This document shows positions 37,483 through 50,774 of a DNA stretch of 64,000 nucleotides, piece by piece; the first letter of the stretch is position 1; every line of letters starts with the position of its first letter. This DNA is from Moniliella sp. 'wahieum' (lineage: Eukaryota). The notes under the pieces were generated by a model that searched no databases, was not told the origin of the DNA, and saw nothing but the letters and a program-made list of their open reading frames with translations. The position numbers were made by a program, and so were the translations under genes. The stretch spans positions 248,001 to 312,000 of the forward strand of contig RSEE01000020.1 of NCBI GenBank assembly GCA_003971905.1, read 5' to 3'.

Positions 37483-40400
37483 TCATGACCTTCCCAATAA
37501 TGGGTCTGCCGCTCCAGAGTGGGGGTGGCCACCGAAGAAACGCGATGCGGGCGAATCGATTTGTCGGTCACAGTGGCCGTAGACAAGGGCCGGTCTTGGC
37601 CAGGATAGGATTCCTCCTATTCTGGAGGAGGAAGTTCGGTGGTCGATAAACTTTCCGCACGCACGCATGTCTCTTCCAGCGAGGACCGAGCGAAGAGGAG
37701 GACACACTGCTCCCGGGGGCTGGGCTCGAGCTGAGAGAGGGGAAGGACTCGGCTTCCGAGTGGTGTGGCGTCGGCCGCGCTCGTGATCCCTCTTCGTCCC
37801 CTTCATCCGTCCAGAGACCACTGCTCATCCGTCCCGACGCACTCAGCGGTCCGACTCTCCCACATCCGTCTCGTCCTCCATGTCAAAGAGCACATCATAC
37901 TGCTCAATCATGATCTTGACACGTGCGCCGCACGACCAATGTTGCTCATCCCAATGCAACCGGGTCCGCCCCGGGGGGGTTGAGCGACGTGCCGAATACC
38001 AGCCCGAGGTTGTGGGCCGGCATCGAGTTGAGTTTGGATTCGGCTGCGACACGGGTCAGATGCTGAATCGTTCGCCGCAGCAAGACATAGTGCGCGGTGG
38101 GAAGGAACGGATAATGCCGCGGATAACAGCGTGGAGTTGACTCGGCTCGTCCAGTTGCTCTGCTGTGATAAGGTGGTGGTAGAAAGCAAAGGGGACCACT
38201 GGCTCGGGCATGTCACGGTACCACTGCTTGACCACGCCAGAGAGCGTGTGCGGGTCGGAAAACTCGCCAGTGAGCAAATCAATCGAGGAGAGGGGCTTGG
38301 TGTCAAGAAGTTTCTTCAGCACATTGATCGTGTTCTTAGCGCCCGAGACGCGGTAGAGCCCCACCTCTGTCAAGTGCCGGGCCTCGATCACACGGAACAG
38401 TGTTTCGATTGGAGCGGGCACAGCGCCTTCCCGCTCGGCCAGGGTGAGCAGGTTGACTCCAAAATGGGCTGGACAGCCAGCGAGGATGGCATCCGCCCCC
38501 CATGCAGCAACGATTGGTCAAACATCGCCGCCGCATTATCGATCGCCCGGACCCAGGAGGAGAGCTCAGATGGCCCCGTAGCCTGGAATACGTGTCGGCC
38601 CCCATCAGACGAGGTGAGATGGAAGACATACGGCCGGTCGGCAGATGCAGCGGCGGAGACTGTCGCACGGCCGACCTTGATTTGTGAGCCGGTTTGGACG
38701 AGGTTTGAACCACCATTAAGAGTTCATCAACGGAGCGAGGGCCTTCCCGATCGAGACTTGCAACACTGTTGCCCCTCGGAGCGCCCCGGAAGGGCGGAAC
38801 AAGGCTGTTACCCTGCGCGATCGCCGTTCGGGTGCTGACGTCGGCCGAGAGGGAAGCAACGAGGACGAAGATTGTGTAGGGTGGAAAAGGTTGTAGAGAG
38901 GGCTGTGGGGAGTGGTACCCGAGAGGTGTGCTCGGCACAGGTGAAGGGAGCGCTGCGCGCAGCGGCGGCTCCTCCTGCCATTGGCGAAAGGGGGAAGACA
39001 GAGGGAGGGGGAAGGCTAACAGGGGTGGGGGCAAGGCCAGAGACAGGAACAAGGGAGGGGGAAGAAGCCATAGCAACTGGGCGAGATTGGGCAACGTAGT
39101 TCTGCAGTTCTGCTGCAGCAGCGCGGATACGTTTCCGAGCAGCATGCTCTTCGGCCAAGAAAGCAGAGAACACACGGCTTTTGGGTGGAGGGATGTTCCC
39201 CGCCTCGCGCTGTGCATCCTCCTTGAACAGCCTTCGATCCCACACCGAAGCTGCCAAAACGCCTTGGATGGTCCGCAGCCGAGCCCCCGCCACTTCGGGA
39301 TCCACGATCGACGGCCCTGCCCCCGGGGCAACCTGAAGGCTTCCTTCCACCAAGCCATGGACAAGACGATGTGGATCCCACGCAATCAAGCCCGCGGGCG
39401 CCTCATAGGGCTGAGTATAGGTCTGGGCTATGCATCCCAACACCCAACCAATATCGATCGCAGACGCAGGAGCATCCGAGCCCGTATCTTGCATCCAGAG
39501 GAGACGGCCTGGGCAGGTGTGGGGCCCAACCCCCACAATGTTTCCAGGTCGGCATTGCGTTCCGCAGCGACCGCCTGCCATGCAGCAGAAAAAATGCGCG
39601 ACTCGTGCGAAGTCAAACCCGACGCCAATGCACTTGCGACAAAACTGCTCACGCACGGCGTCGTCATCACTTCTTCGGGGGAAGGGGGCGTACCCACTGG
39701 CCGCTGACGCGCCAAACGGGCACGCGAAATATACAACGCGTCCAAAAGAATCAGCATACGCTGCTTCCTGCGCTGGATACCGAGTTGCGGAGTAATCCTA
39801 GAGTATAAAGTCAGTTTTCCATAGCACATCTCAAAAGATGACAACGTACACTTGCGCAGCCACCCATCCACGGAGCATATGTTGCACAGCACACCCGAAC
39901 GTCAGGGCCGCTGGGAGAGCACGGAGGAGCAATTTGGCATCCTTCACGGGGGCAGGGGCAGGGGAAGGGCTGGGCGAAGCGAAGCCGAAGTCGAAGTCGA
40001 GGAGGGAACCCCCGCCACTTGGGGTGCGACCGAGACAGAGTCAAGCACACCATACATGCTCAAATCGTGCCAGTCATCCTTCTTCTTCCCTCCTAACACC
40101 TGCGACGGGAACCACGCCAACGGAGAGGATTGTCTTTGCCTCTCCAACAGAGACGCAGCGATAGACCAGTCCCGACGGGTGATCTTGTGGAGGTAGATGC
40201 ACACCACACTCTCAAGGAATTGCACCACCTCACTTGCCGATGCCGTGTCCACGTCCAGCGTTTCCTCTCCACCCATAGAAGTTGGAGGAGGGAGGCTGGG
40301 CAGATCTGAGTCTCTCGAATGCACCAGCGTAGCCAGGGCGAAGGACTGCACCAGGTCCGCGTGCGCCGAAGCCACGTCCCCGCTTAGCTCACCAGGAGAA

Positions 40401-43400
40401 CGCAAAAAGTCCGAAGCTAACCCCCATAGTTGAGGAGAGTCATAAAAGTCTTGTGCACCGTTCCACCCATAATCTGAGAATCGAGACGACAGCTAGTTGC
40501 ACACTGGCTGGGGTGGGCGATGGCGCGGTCGTTGTCGCAGGCCGTGCAGGGGCTGCTGTCCAAAGCGGAAAGAAAGGAGGGGTGGTCGTCTCGGTAGCAT
40601 GATGGGCATGTTGGAACCGAGCAACGAGCAATTGGAAAAATTGCACCCCCGTGCAAAGGGAACGATATGTGTCGATAAAGATTTGTTGCAAAGCAAGGGT
40701 GTCGAGACGTAACTTAGCAGGCGATGTAGCGGGCATTCGGATTCCTGGTTGGTCACCACGGCGGGTAAATGGAAACTCCCAACACCATTAGATCGACTTC
40801 AAGCAGGTCAGTGACAATTGAACAATGGAAATGTGAGGTGAACAGGGTCTTACGTACCAAGACGGTCGAGGGAAGCAAACTTGACCTCAACATGTACCGT
40901 CACCTGGTGGGAGATGGCAGAACGCGTAGGCTGGCGGAAGGAAGACGAGCGCGAGTGCCGCTTGACTCCAATCTCGAGGTCTTGCGAAACACGGCGCGCA
41001 GCCTTGGAGGATCGCGAACGAAGGGGGCTGGTCGGCGTAGTGGCCCCGAGTTGGGGTCCTCATCTTCGACCCCAATGGGGCGAAGTGTCAAGGATGAGTC
41101 CACCACCAAGTCACCCACATTACGCCGCAAAGTATCCCCAGGACCAAAGAGGTCGCCCCATCCACTACCAAAAGAGAGAGGTGAGCGTGGCAATCGTCGC
41201 TCGGGGAATAGAAAGGGCCCCATCCAAAGATCCCTCCAGATGCAAGCCGAGACCCGGTACAAGCGCAGGGATGGACTGGGTCCGTGGGATGGGCTGGGAC
41301 ATGTCCGCGACCGAAAGGAGCGGAACGGGCGACGTAGTAAGTAGAGGGAGGGTCGCATTCGCTTCCACATATGCGGGTAAAGTCGATTTTTCCAAAGGAC
41401 CGGTAGAGGAAGGGGGTTCAACATCGAATGAGCGCTGGGAGAAAGTGTGCCAACACCCCATCCGACACGGGCGGATCCGGGGTTTGCCCCCATGAGGCAA
41501 ACAGAGCCCGATACTCTGGCCGGAGTGGGGCCACAGGAGTGTAAGGTGCTGTGGGACGTGCAGCGAGGATGGTAATTCTGTCGGCTTGCTTCGGGCTAAG
41601 AGACACTTTGGGTATCTGCCGCCTCAGTCGGGTGCAACAAAGGGCGTCCCCAAAGAATGGGATCGGGGCAATTGCTGTTCCGCTGGGAAGGCGTGCATAC
41701 GCGCGTACTTGCACTCGGGAGGGCCGAGGGCGGGAAGTAAAGGCCGATCCAGTGCGAGCTCAGTGAATCCAAGACGCTCCAAGGCAGGAGCCCAACCACG
41801 CGTACGCGATTCTGATCTCCGGGACTAATAAAGCGCCACGCCGAGTCCAAGCGCGCCACAGGCGAGAGCAGATGGCGGCTGCCACGCTGCCCACCCGATG
41901 TGGTCCCCATACGTTTGAAGGTAGGTTGTCACGGCGATCCAATGACGCAGCACCTTGGCACGTACGCGAGCGTCAGATTCCCCACTGCCCAAGGGTGCAG
42001 GAGAGGAGTTGGTCCAAGCAGGCCTTGGTGAGGGGATGGACTTGCGTTGACGACCACGAAAGGAAACGCTTCCAGCACGGGAGGTAAGCAGCGCGCCCAC
42101 ATCCGCATACGGAACCAGAAACTCCCTGCCAACTCCACATGCCAGCTTGGACTTGTTCAGCTACCTCAGTCGGGTCAAGGGATATAACGAGCTCGGGGGG
42201 GAAGTGCCCCTGCAACAAGGGAGAGATCAGGGCGCTCTTGCACCTTGGGGGAAGTCATGGGGGAGGGCGCCCGCGAAGCGCTCCTGGATTGCAGCTCAGC
42301 TACCAATGCAGTGATGGTGTCAATAGGAGCGTTTGTCCCGGTAGCGCGTGCTGCGTGCACTCCCACATCTTGCAGGCTTTGTAGCATAGCAGATTGATAC
42401 CGCTGCGGGATGAGCTCCGGGGTAAGGAGCGTGAGGAGAACCTGTACTCGATTTCCTGCCTTGAATGCAGTAGTGGAAGCAGATGATCCAGTTTCGACCA
42501 TGGCTGAGTTGAGCACACTCAGATGTCCAGCCAACGAACCAAGCACCTGCAGGGACGCCTCCGGGCCCCGAGAAAGAGAAGCGACCCACAGGGCGCGGGC
42601 AAATTCGGCAACCTGAGACTCTTCATCAGTGGCGGAGACGGACTGAAGCTGGGTGGCAAACATAAACTCATGTGCGAGTGCAGTAAGAGTACCCTTGTCC
42701 ACTCGTCCAGCCCAAGTCCAGGGTCCTCTTGTGCACTGGAAAGGTCGAGATCACCATGCTTCCCTGGCTGGTGCCAACGCGGAGGGCCCTCAGGCAGTCG
42801 TACCGAGAACTGGAAAGAGACGCATGCGAGTTGCTCCTCTCTCTCGTATCATGGAGATAGCAAATGCACATTCCCCGTAGGGCTTTGGTTGCGCGAATTT
42901 GAAGTCAAGGCCAGGGTCTTGAGTGTGTCCGGAAGGGAGTGGGAAAGCAATGAACCAGTTGAGTCTTCTCGTTGCGGGGGAAGGGGGCGTGAGGAGCTGG
43001 ATGAGGAGGAAATTGGAATCGGGATTGGGAGTGGAGTGGAGACGTTTGACCCCGCCTCAGATGGGGGAAAGAGGGCACGCACTTCGTCCGCAACACTCGA
43101 AGGCAGTTTGTACATGCACAAGTTTCCATCCCGCAGCTGGACCTTATAAGGCTTCCACGGTTTCTTTTCTTTCGATCCCTTTTCAGGAGTATAAGATGTC
43201 TGGCTACTCTTGGATAAGAAGCCCTGCAGCTGCACCCCGGGGGGTAGCTCAGCTACTCCACCTAGATGAAGGGTAGACTGGTGTCGGAGACGTGTTCCCG
43301 CACTTCCGGGTCGTTGAGGTGGGAAAAAGCGCGGACGGCTGAGGGGAAGGGCAGGCGATAGCGGCCGTTTTGAAGGCGAGCCAGGTGAGGGGCCACCTTG

Positions 43401-44387
43401 TACCCCAGAAACAACAGCGGTAGCAGACGAAGAGGAAGGGAAAACGCCTGCCGGGTAATGAGGGTGCGCTGAGGGCATCGAGGACAACTTGGGGGATACC
43501 CATGGCACTCGCAGCACCAAAAGGTCCGGATTGCCCCGATTGCGAGGGCGAGCCAACGAGTCAGAGACGGAGAACGAGAATGACTCAGATGCCGTTCGCA
43601 GAGGCGAAGGTGCGCGTGCATACTCCGCCTCAGTGTCCTTGTCCTTCTCCTTGTCCCGCTTGCTCAACCCAAAAGGTAGGCGGGAAGGCTTGCGCGTGTG
43701 GCCAGTCTCCGTTGAGTCCCGCCGAGGCCTAAACTTGTGAGGTGAGAGCGATGAAGTTTTCCCACCAGGCAAGAGGCGAGGGAGGGGGCTGACCCTCCCT
43801 GTTGGCGTGGGCCCGCTTGGAGCCGAGGGCATTGAAGGCATACCCGGTAGCGAGCCCATTTGGGTGTCACTCGATGCCTGGCTGCTGGGACTGGGGGCTT
43901 GGATGGGAGAAGGGGAAGGACCGCGGGGAGGGACGGGTACCGTCATCCTTGTCGCCTGGAAAGGGCGAGCAGGCTGGGGTTGGAGAAGACCGATCCCACC
44001 TGCGGGAGGAGGGGTGGGAGAAGCAAGGGGCAATTGGTCATCGCTGGGATGTGGGTTCAAAAGCGGGGGGTTGAGGTGGGCGCCCGGGACTGGGGACACG
44101 GCGGGTGAGGAAGCGGGCGAAGGGGAGGCGGCGCGCTGCACGAAGTAGTCGCGGTTGGAGCGCGGAGCAGGAGCCTCGCGCAGTTGCTATGCGAGAGTGA
44201 CTTGAAGGGAGCCAGGGCAGGGTGGCCCCGGCATGGGAGGAGGGGTGCTGGATGGCTGGTCGGGGGCAGCGCTGGGCTGGTCGGAGTGCTGCTCGGCGGG
44301 TGGATGGCGGGGCGCTGACTGGCTTGGCTTGCGTGGGCGGAGGAAGAAGCCGAAGGAGCGCGAGGACTCGGCGGGAGCGCTGGGCAT
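37483..44387 (-). CDS. Large PH + RasGEF + RhoGAP protein (Bem2-like)
   Basis: ATG in gccgccATG context. PH-like LQGFLSK..KPWKPYKVQLRDGNLCMYK; RasGEF-N/RasGEF-like segments (IFIDTYRSLCT, VLRHWI, IPFFGD); C-terminal RhoGAP (PAPIETLFRVIEARHLTEVGLYRVSG..DPHTLSGVVKQWYRDMPEP). Many frameshifts. Confidence 0.82.
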
Positions 44388-45964
44388 GGCGGCGACGGAG
44401 AGGGGGACGGGGAGGGGGGCGGGGACAGAGCCGGAGCCGGAGACGAGACAGCGGCAGCAACGGGCGTGGCGTGGCGGAGCGTCGGCGTCTCCGCGGGCGA
44501 GGAGGAGGGCGGGGGGAGGCAGGGCGAGGCTGGGCGGGCACGTGGCGGTGGTGGTGAGGCGTGGCGATGGGATGCTTCTGCCGGCGCTGCGCTTGATGCT
44601 GGTGCTGCTAGCCGCCTGCTGCCGCCTGCCGCGCCCTGCCGCACCTCGCTTCCCGCCAGCCAGGCGCGCCGCACGCACAGCAGCGCAGTGTCCGCGGAGT
44701 GGCACCCGCTGCGCTGCCCTCGCACGGCGCCAGTCGCCTGCGCCGCGCGCTGCGCTGCAGGGAAGGCGCGTCGCTGCTGTCGCGGGCGGGCTGATCAGCA
44801 GGCACAGCCCCTGTGCTGCCCCTTGGCCCTGACGCAGACGTGGAACCTGGAAGCTGGGTAGGGTTGTGCCTGTTTCCGGCCGCCAGCGCAGCCCAGCGCA
44901 GGCCACGAGCCAACCCTGCCCAGCCAACCCTGCCCACCGGCAACCCCAGATCATCCATTTCGATCAGCGTTCCATATCCAATGTGCCCTGGTCCTGAATC
45001 GGTGTGTTGTGCAATGTTCAAACTAGTCACGGTCACTAGCACTAGTCACCAGTCACCGGTCACCGCTACTAGTCAAGCTAGTCACCGGGCATTACCTAAC
45101 TGTGATAGTCACCTACTAGTTACTGTGGCATGTGCCCATCATGGTCCCTTGACCAAGGCAACCTGACCGGTGCCCCCCTGCCCAACCTGCCCAACCTCGC
45201 GCCTGGTCGCATACCTCCGTTCTTCCAACCCTGTAGTCATCTCCCCGTGACATTGACATGTGACAGATCGCCCAGGGTCATCCAGTCCCAGGGTCGCCAC
45301 CTGTCATGCATGTCACCACTGTGGCGGAGCTCAGCTGCACTGCAGACCCTCCTTGGTAGCCACCTCCCGCTCCTCGGTCATGCAACGGGGACTTCCACTG
45401 TGGAGCCTGTGGGTGAAGCACATTTAGGACAGTAGTAGCGTAAGCAATCGATTGCGGTCGCAGAAGGGCGTGGGGGTAGGAAGCAGGGGGAGCTGTAGGT
45501 AAAGGCTATGAGTCGCTGGCTTACGTGCTAAGCGCTAATAGCCACGTGCAAAACACGTCAACAATGTTCCGAGTCGGATCATCGAACATCGATTAACGCA
45601 AGTGCTCCACCAGGCTCCACCCTGTGCCCCACCACACGTCTTCCAAGTTTCAAGTCAGTCACCGTCACAGCAGTTGATTAGCTTGATGAGCATTATATCT
45701 CTCTTCGGCATCCACATCTGGATCCAAATTCACAGCTCCCGGCGCCGATGCCCAACTATTACGACTTCAACATTAGTACCTGTATGACTCTCTGCACCAT
45801 AATCGCTATAAAATGCAAAGCGAATCAAAAGTTCCCTTGATGTGTGGTCGTCTCCACAGTGTAGATCATTCGGTCTCTCTATCGAGAAGGTGTCTCAATT
45901 CCGGATACAGATATTGGCTCTATTCTAGCAGTAATAGGGTGCACGGCATGTGACAGTAACATAC

Positions 45965-48257
45965 GGAGATGGGGGAAAGGATGAGGATCATATTCAAGGA
46001 GAACTAAGGAGGCGATGTAGATGTACCTCGGAGAAGATAACATGTGAGTTGTTGAGTCAAACGGAGAAAGGAGAGCGTAGATAAAGGGGAAACAGGAGAT
46101 TCAGGACAAAACAGGGTCCAGCAAAACCTGGTGACTATTAACTATGTGGGATCATCGATCAGATGGATCTGATCCCTACTACAGACAATGTAAAGAAGCC
46201 ACACAAGAGGGACGCCCTGTGATGGGGCGGGGACGCCAACAGCAACCTATCCTCCACAGTGTCGCTGATGACATGCGATGACAGCTATATAGAGGGGAAA
46301 GAGCCTAGGTCAAACAGTCTCTACTAAGTATAGGCAGGATCTTCAAGGAACATAGTCAACACAAAGAAAGGAAGCAAGTGAACGAACCCTGCAGCCCTCG
46401 CATCAAAAGAGGAAAACATCAGAGACCAACGTGAAGAGGGACGGAAGTCCCCCCCCTCAGGACCTTATCGCCAAGAGAGCCATGTGAGCAAGAAAAACAA
46501 GAAGGGTATACAAGGAAGAGGGGTTCTCCGCCCCCATCGTTCAAGAACGGGGAAAGCATAGGAGGAGAGCCTCCTAGCGAAAATGGGACGCTCACATTAT
46601 CACGAAGTCCATCTCAGAGGTCATTTGCTTACAAGACCTATTAGTAAGTATGAACGATTCAAACAGAATAAAGGCAGAAACTTCATGATGGATCGCCTGA
46701 GGACCATATACAAATGGAATGCAACCCATGTCGCGCAGATCGAAGGAAACAAAAGCCCATTTTGATATATATGAAGATGCACATGAATGGGCCAACGCGT
46801 AGACATGAACCCAGCCCAATCTTGACGTAAACACAACCCAGGCAATAAGGGGAGGGAGGTTGTACAGTCACACCCGGCTCGCCTATTATACTGCCCAAAC
46901 ACAGTCCACCGTGACAGTTGCTCCAGTTACCTTAGACTGAGAGCTGATGACAACAGAGCCCCGACACTATAGACGTTGCGAATAAAACCACAACCAATGT
47001 TTGCATCCCCGAAATGATAAAAGACCGAGGGCTACAGGCCCAAAAGTCCAAAATGTATGCCAGGCGCATCGAGTAAGATCGATAAGACGCATATGTGCCT
47101 CGCAACAATAATACGGCAGGCGACGAGGCCAGAATCAGTCTGTGTACATGGTGATCTTTTATAGCCTCAAGAACATCCAAGGCACGCAGGTGTTCACATT
47201 ATCTGAACAGAAAATACAAAAGAGCGGCACAAAGATGATAACGCATGCGAAGGTATACCTTGTAAAAACAATAATGGAACTGTCAGCGACTTCGATTCAA
47301 TAGACACATCAAACTGATGCACTCAACTTGAAGATAAAGGACGCCTGTGTACATTACATGGTGCTTGTTACCCCGTTCCATACCGGCCATGAACCAAAGC
47401 ACTTGTACAAGATGGTCAAGCGGGAAAAAGTAAATTCATATAATAGCCAAGTAATATATGGCACTGACGATCGCCTGTAAGCGACAGTACTATAACCATA
47501 TGAAAACCGGCCGTCTGTTCAACATTCCAGCCGTCCATTTTCTGTATATGTCGAGGGGGGATACTCAAACATCAAAAGGAGACTAGTCGCGTCGGTTTAC
47601 CAACAGCGAGTTGAAAACGGCGTAGCGGATGATGTGCAGGCCAGAAACCGTCACAGGCACCACAGTATTACCCACGGAGAGCGCGTTAATATCTTTACAC
47701 AGTATGCTACGTATGTACCGTAGAACATCCACGAATCATACAGGAAAGCGTATGCGGCTATGTCAGTGGGTGGCCAACGATGTCATAGGGGAGGAGGGGA
47801 AGGCAATGCGCGGCCACCCCTCTAACCCCCACCTCTCTTAATAGATCTCAACTCACGGTCAAGTGGCGACTTGCCTAGAAATCTTCTCAGCAAGGCGCCA
47901 CAGCACGACCTCTCATCCTTGCCCACTACAGCAGATCATGTCGCCAAAAAATATACCTTGTCATGTGGGGGGAGTCCCGAAGTGGGACCCAGCCCTGTAC
48001 TTTAGGGGTACACACCCTTGGACGGCCAATCGGAGCCACGTTGTCGGGATCATATCCACCTCTGCTCACACTTCTAGTCGTCACCAGGTTGATTCGTCCC
48101 TGATTTGATCTAGGCACTGTTTTCCCCCTTTGACTAGCTCCCCTTTCCTTCGCGGTGTGACTTACCTCGCATGCTCTCTTCTTCTCCGAGGCATATATCC
48201 CTCGCCCTCTTTCCACTCGATGAATATGATCCTCATCCTTCCCCCCCCCATCTCCTG
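45965..48257. mobile_element. Degenerate element bounded by diverged inverted repeats (possible DIRS-like relic)
   Basis: 45965-46140 (ggagatgggggaaaggatgaggatcatattca...cctcggagaaga...aaaggggaaacag...aacctggtgac) aligns with the reverse complement of 48078-48257. Interior minus-strand remnants are faintly RT-like (IKDHHVH, FWACSPRSF, VYV). Confidence 0.45.
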
Positions 48258-48800
48258 TTACACGTACCTTAGGTCCTTCTTCAGATCCTGGGTGAACCGA
48301 CCGGGTGTAGAGACGAGGGAAAGACCCTTTAGTTTGGGTGGCTGCCTGCATGCAAAAACTGCAGCTTAGACTCTCCGAGACAGGAGCCCCGTACCTAGGT
48401 CGTCAGACTAACAGAAGAGGTCCAGGAGCTCCGGGGTAACGCTGTTCCCGGTGGCGTTACCACATTCGACGCGCTGTGTAGTAAGCGGAATCAGACGGAG
48501 TCCTAAGGACGAGCAAGCGCTGTAAGTGCCTCATGCCAGGTATAGTACAAACAAAAACCCCGCCGGCCAGTCTTGGGCCCCGGGGTTTCTCTTCAGGGTT
48601 GGTCGCCCAAATGGACATCGCAGTATGAAACCGATACCCCTCCGGCCATGTTATTGACCTTTCCCACAAAAGTCAAAAAAAATGCTGCGTCCTTTTCTTT
48701 ATTGGTTGGAGATTCATGCTGTTGTTGATGGCCAACGCACCTTGACAAAAACATCATTTTCCCTCCGGCTATTTAGTAGTTGCAATAACAACAACGAGGA

Positions 48801-48955
48801 GACCACCGGGCCTACGGCTCGGTCAGCTGGGGCTTCGCCCCAGCTTGGTACTCGGTCGCCACCTTAGCCACCGTTCTCCCGGCTCACCATCGCTACCGGA
48901 GCCAACGTTCCACGCTGGAACCCTTCCACGCTGGAAAGTCGAAATAATATCACCG
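48801..48955 (+). mobile_element. Double-hairpin head, second copy
   Basis: Similar to 13451-13590 over ~140 bp (gaccaccgggcctacggctcggtcagctggggcttcgccccagcttggt...cgccaccttagccaccgtt...ttccacgctgga). Confidence 0.75.
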
Positions 48956-50244
48956 ATACTCGCTGGCAGTGGGTGGCTGGGAACGTGGCACGGGGCAAGC
49001 TGATGTAAAAGTTCGAAGCGATTCAATTTTGCGTATTAACAACAATACTAGATACTAGATAGCAGGGCCGCAGTAGTTCCAACTGGCTCCATCTTGGTTC
49101 TCTCATCTCTCAGTTTGTTTTCCGCGTCAAGATCTTGTCTTTAGCTCGGTGACACGACGAGCACCCACACCTATTTGGACGGTGTATGCCTACCCTTCCC
49201 TCCTTATAGCACAGAAGATGAGCATGACAGGAGTGGGGTCAGCAAAGCCGCTGCATGGCGTTTCGCCCCGTCAGCACAGCGGAGATGAAGGGGCAAAAAG
49301 AAACGCATGTTATAGAGACCAATGATACAAAACTGCCACACAGAGCCTCACGGCCCCGTAACAGAAGATGGATGTGGGAGCTACTAAACTGCTATGGTGT
49401 GTCCGGCCCCACCTCCACCTCTCACCGGGTTTGGTCTACGAAAGTACTAGAGCTCTCCCTCGTGCTTTATCGTTGCTTGTTCTCGCTCGAGCCCCATCGT
49501 TAACAGGCAGGGTAGCTTGGCTTCGATTGGGTGTTAGTAGTGGCAAACCGAAGAAGGGAATACACAACTGTCACAGTCGGGGCTAAGGCGAGGGAGACCA
49601 GGATCGGACTAGGCCAATAAGGGGTGTAGCAATCGTTCGTGTGGGGAAGAAGCATCAAGAACAGAGGACATGGTGCGAAGTGGAAGGAACAGGGAAGGAG
49701 CGAGAAGCTCGAGACGAAGAAATTGGAAATGGGAGCGAGATCAGCCAAACTATGACAACAACATCCATCCTCCCATCTGTATGTTGTACTATACTGGGCA
49801 ATGACCTTCATGTTATTTTTTTGTCACCTCACACCCCTACCAATGGTACTAGGTCATAGGAACACACTGGCGAATAGGTTCAATGATTGGGCATCCTATG
49901 TATAAAAGGGATTCTCAAAAGGTTTTGACTATACCGTTGGTTGATAATACAGTCTGCTGGAGTGTGTTGGTCTTCCTCTCAATTCGCATGTCCTCATCGA
50001 TCATCCCGTACGTCCCCTTTGTATATACAGCCTCTCTCCCTTTTCGCAATGTAACTCTTTTCATTTGTCCAGGCTGGCTAGCACAACTTTCGCTTGCTCT
50101 CTATTATGATCCAAAACCTCTACTTGCTGCCCCCCCTTGCATTCCTTCCAACCCAGCTAGTATAAGTATGCTCCCTTTGCATCTGTTCCATACACAGCGC
50201 TACAACTATCCCCCGTGTGCTTTTTCCTGCCATCTTCCTATACT

Positions 50245-50690
50245 GCAACCATATCATTGAGACAGAGCATAAGGGTGGGACAAAGGCACGCTGCGTCTAA
50301 ACCGATCCGTTCATCCTGCATGTGCTGCTTGAGAGCGCCAACCCTCCCGCTTAAGGTATATACCAGGGGGATCGCCAGGAGATCAGGACCCTCTGGTGCC
50401 CGTCATCCCTTCCCAACCCAAGGAAGCGCGTGTGGATACGGATGGACGTGGTAGACATCAAAGCGGTGAACCTTCTCCATTGGGAGCCAGTAGTCAAATC
50501 CTGCCAGTGCCCAAGCATCTTGCCCGCTGCCTTGGTGGCATAATATCCTCGCGTCGTCAAAACCAAGGGGGAAAACGGTTCTTGGGTGCACTCCTGGTAC
50601 TTGACGTTCTTGTCGCGTTCTGCTTGCTCCAGCAGCCGAAGCAGCTCCTTCTCCCGGCTTTCCAAAGGTCGCGCGGCGCTTCCGGTACCC
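50245..50690 (-). mobile_element. Diverged 5'-truncated RLE retroelement copy
   Basis: PLESREKELLRLLEQAERDKNVKYQECTQEPFSPLVLTTRGYYATKAAGK..QWRRF..MSTT. The 3' UTR is homologous (ggtttagacgcagcg..tgtcccacc..ctctgtctcaatgatatgg). Confidence 0.8.
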
Positions 50691-50774
50691 TCAATAACAT
50701 TCACGTATGCCAAATGACTTTTGGACCAAAAGATTTTGCCAAAAGGATGAAATACGCACAGCTTGGCCTCTGTG

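Noticed and set aside
34012..44954. Long antisense or overlapping ORFs
   Set aside because: Expected shadow ORFs in GC-rich coding DNA, with no recognisable motifs.
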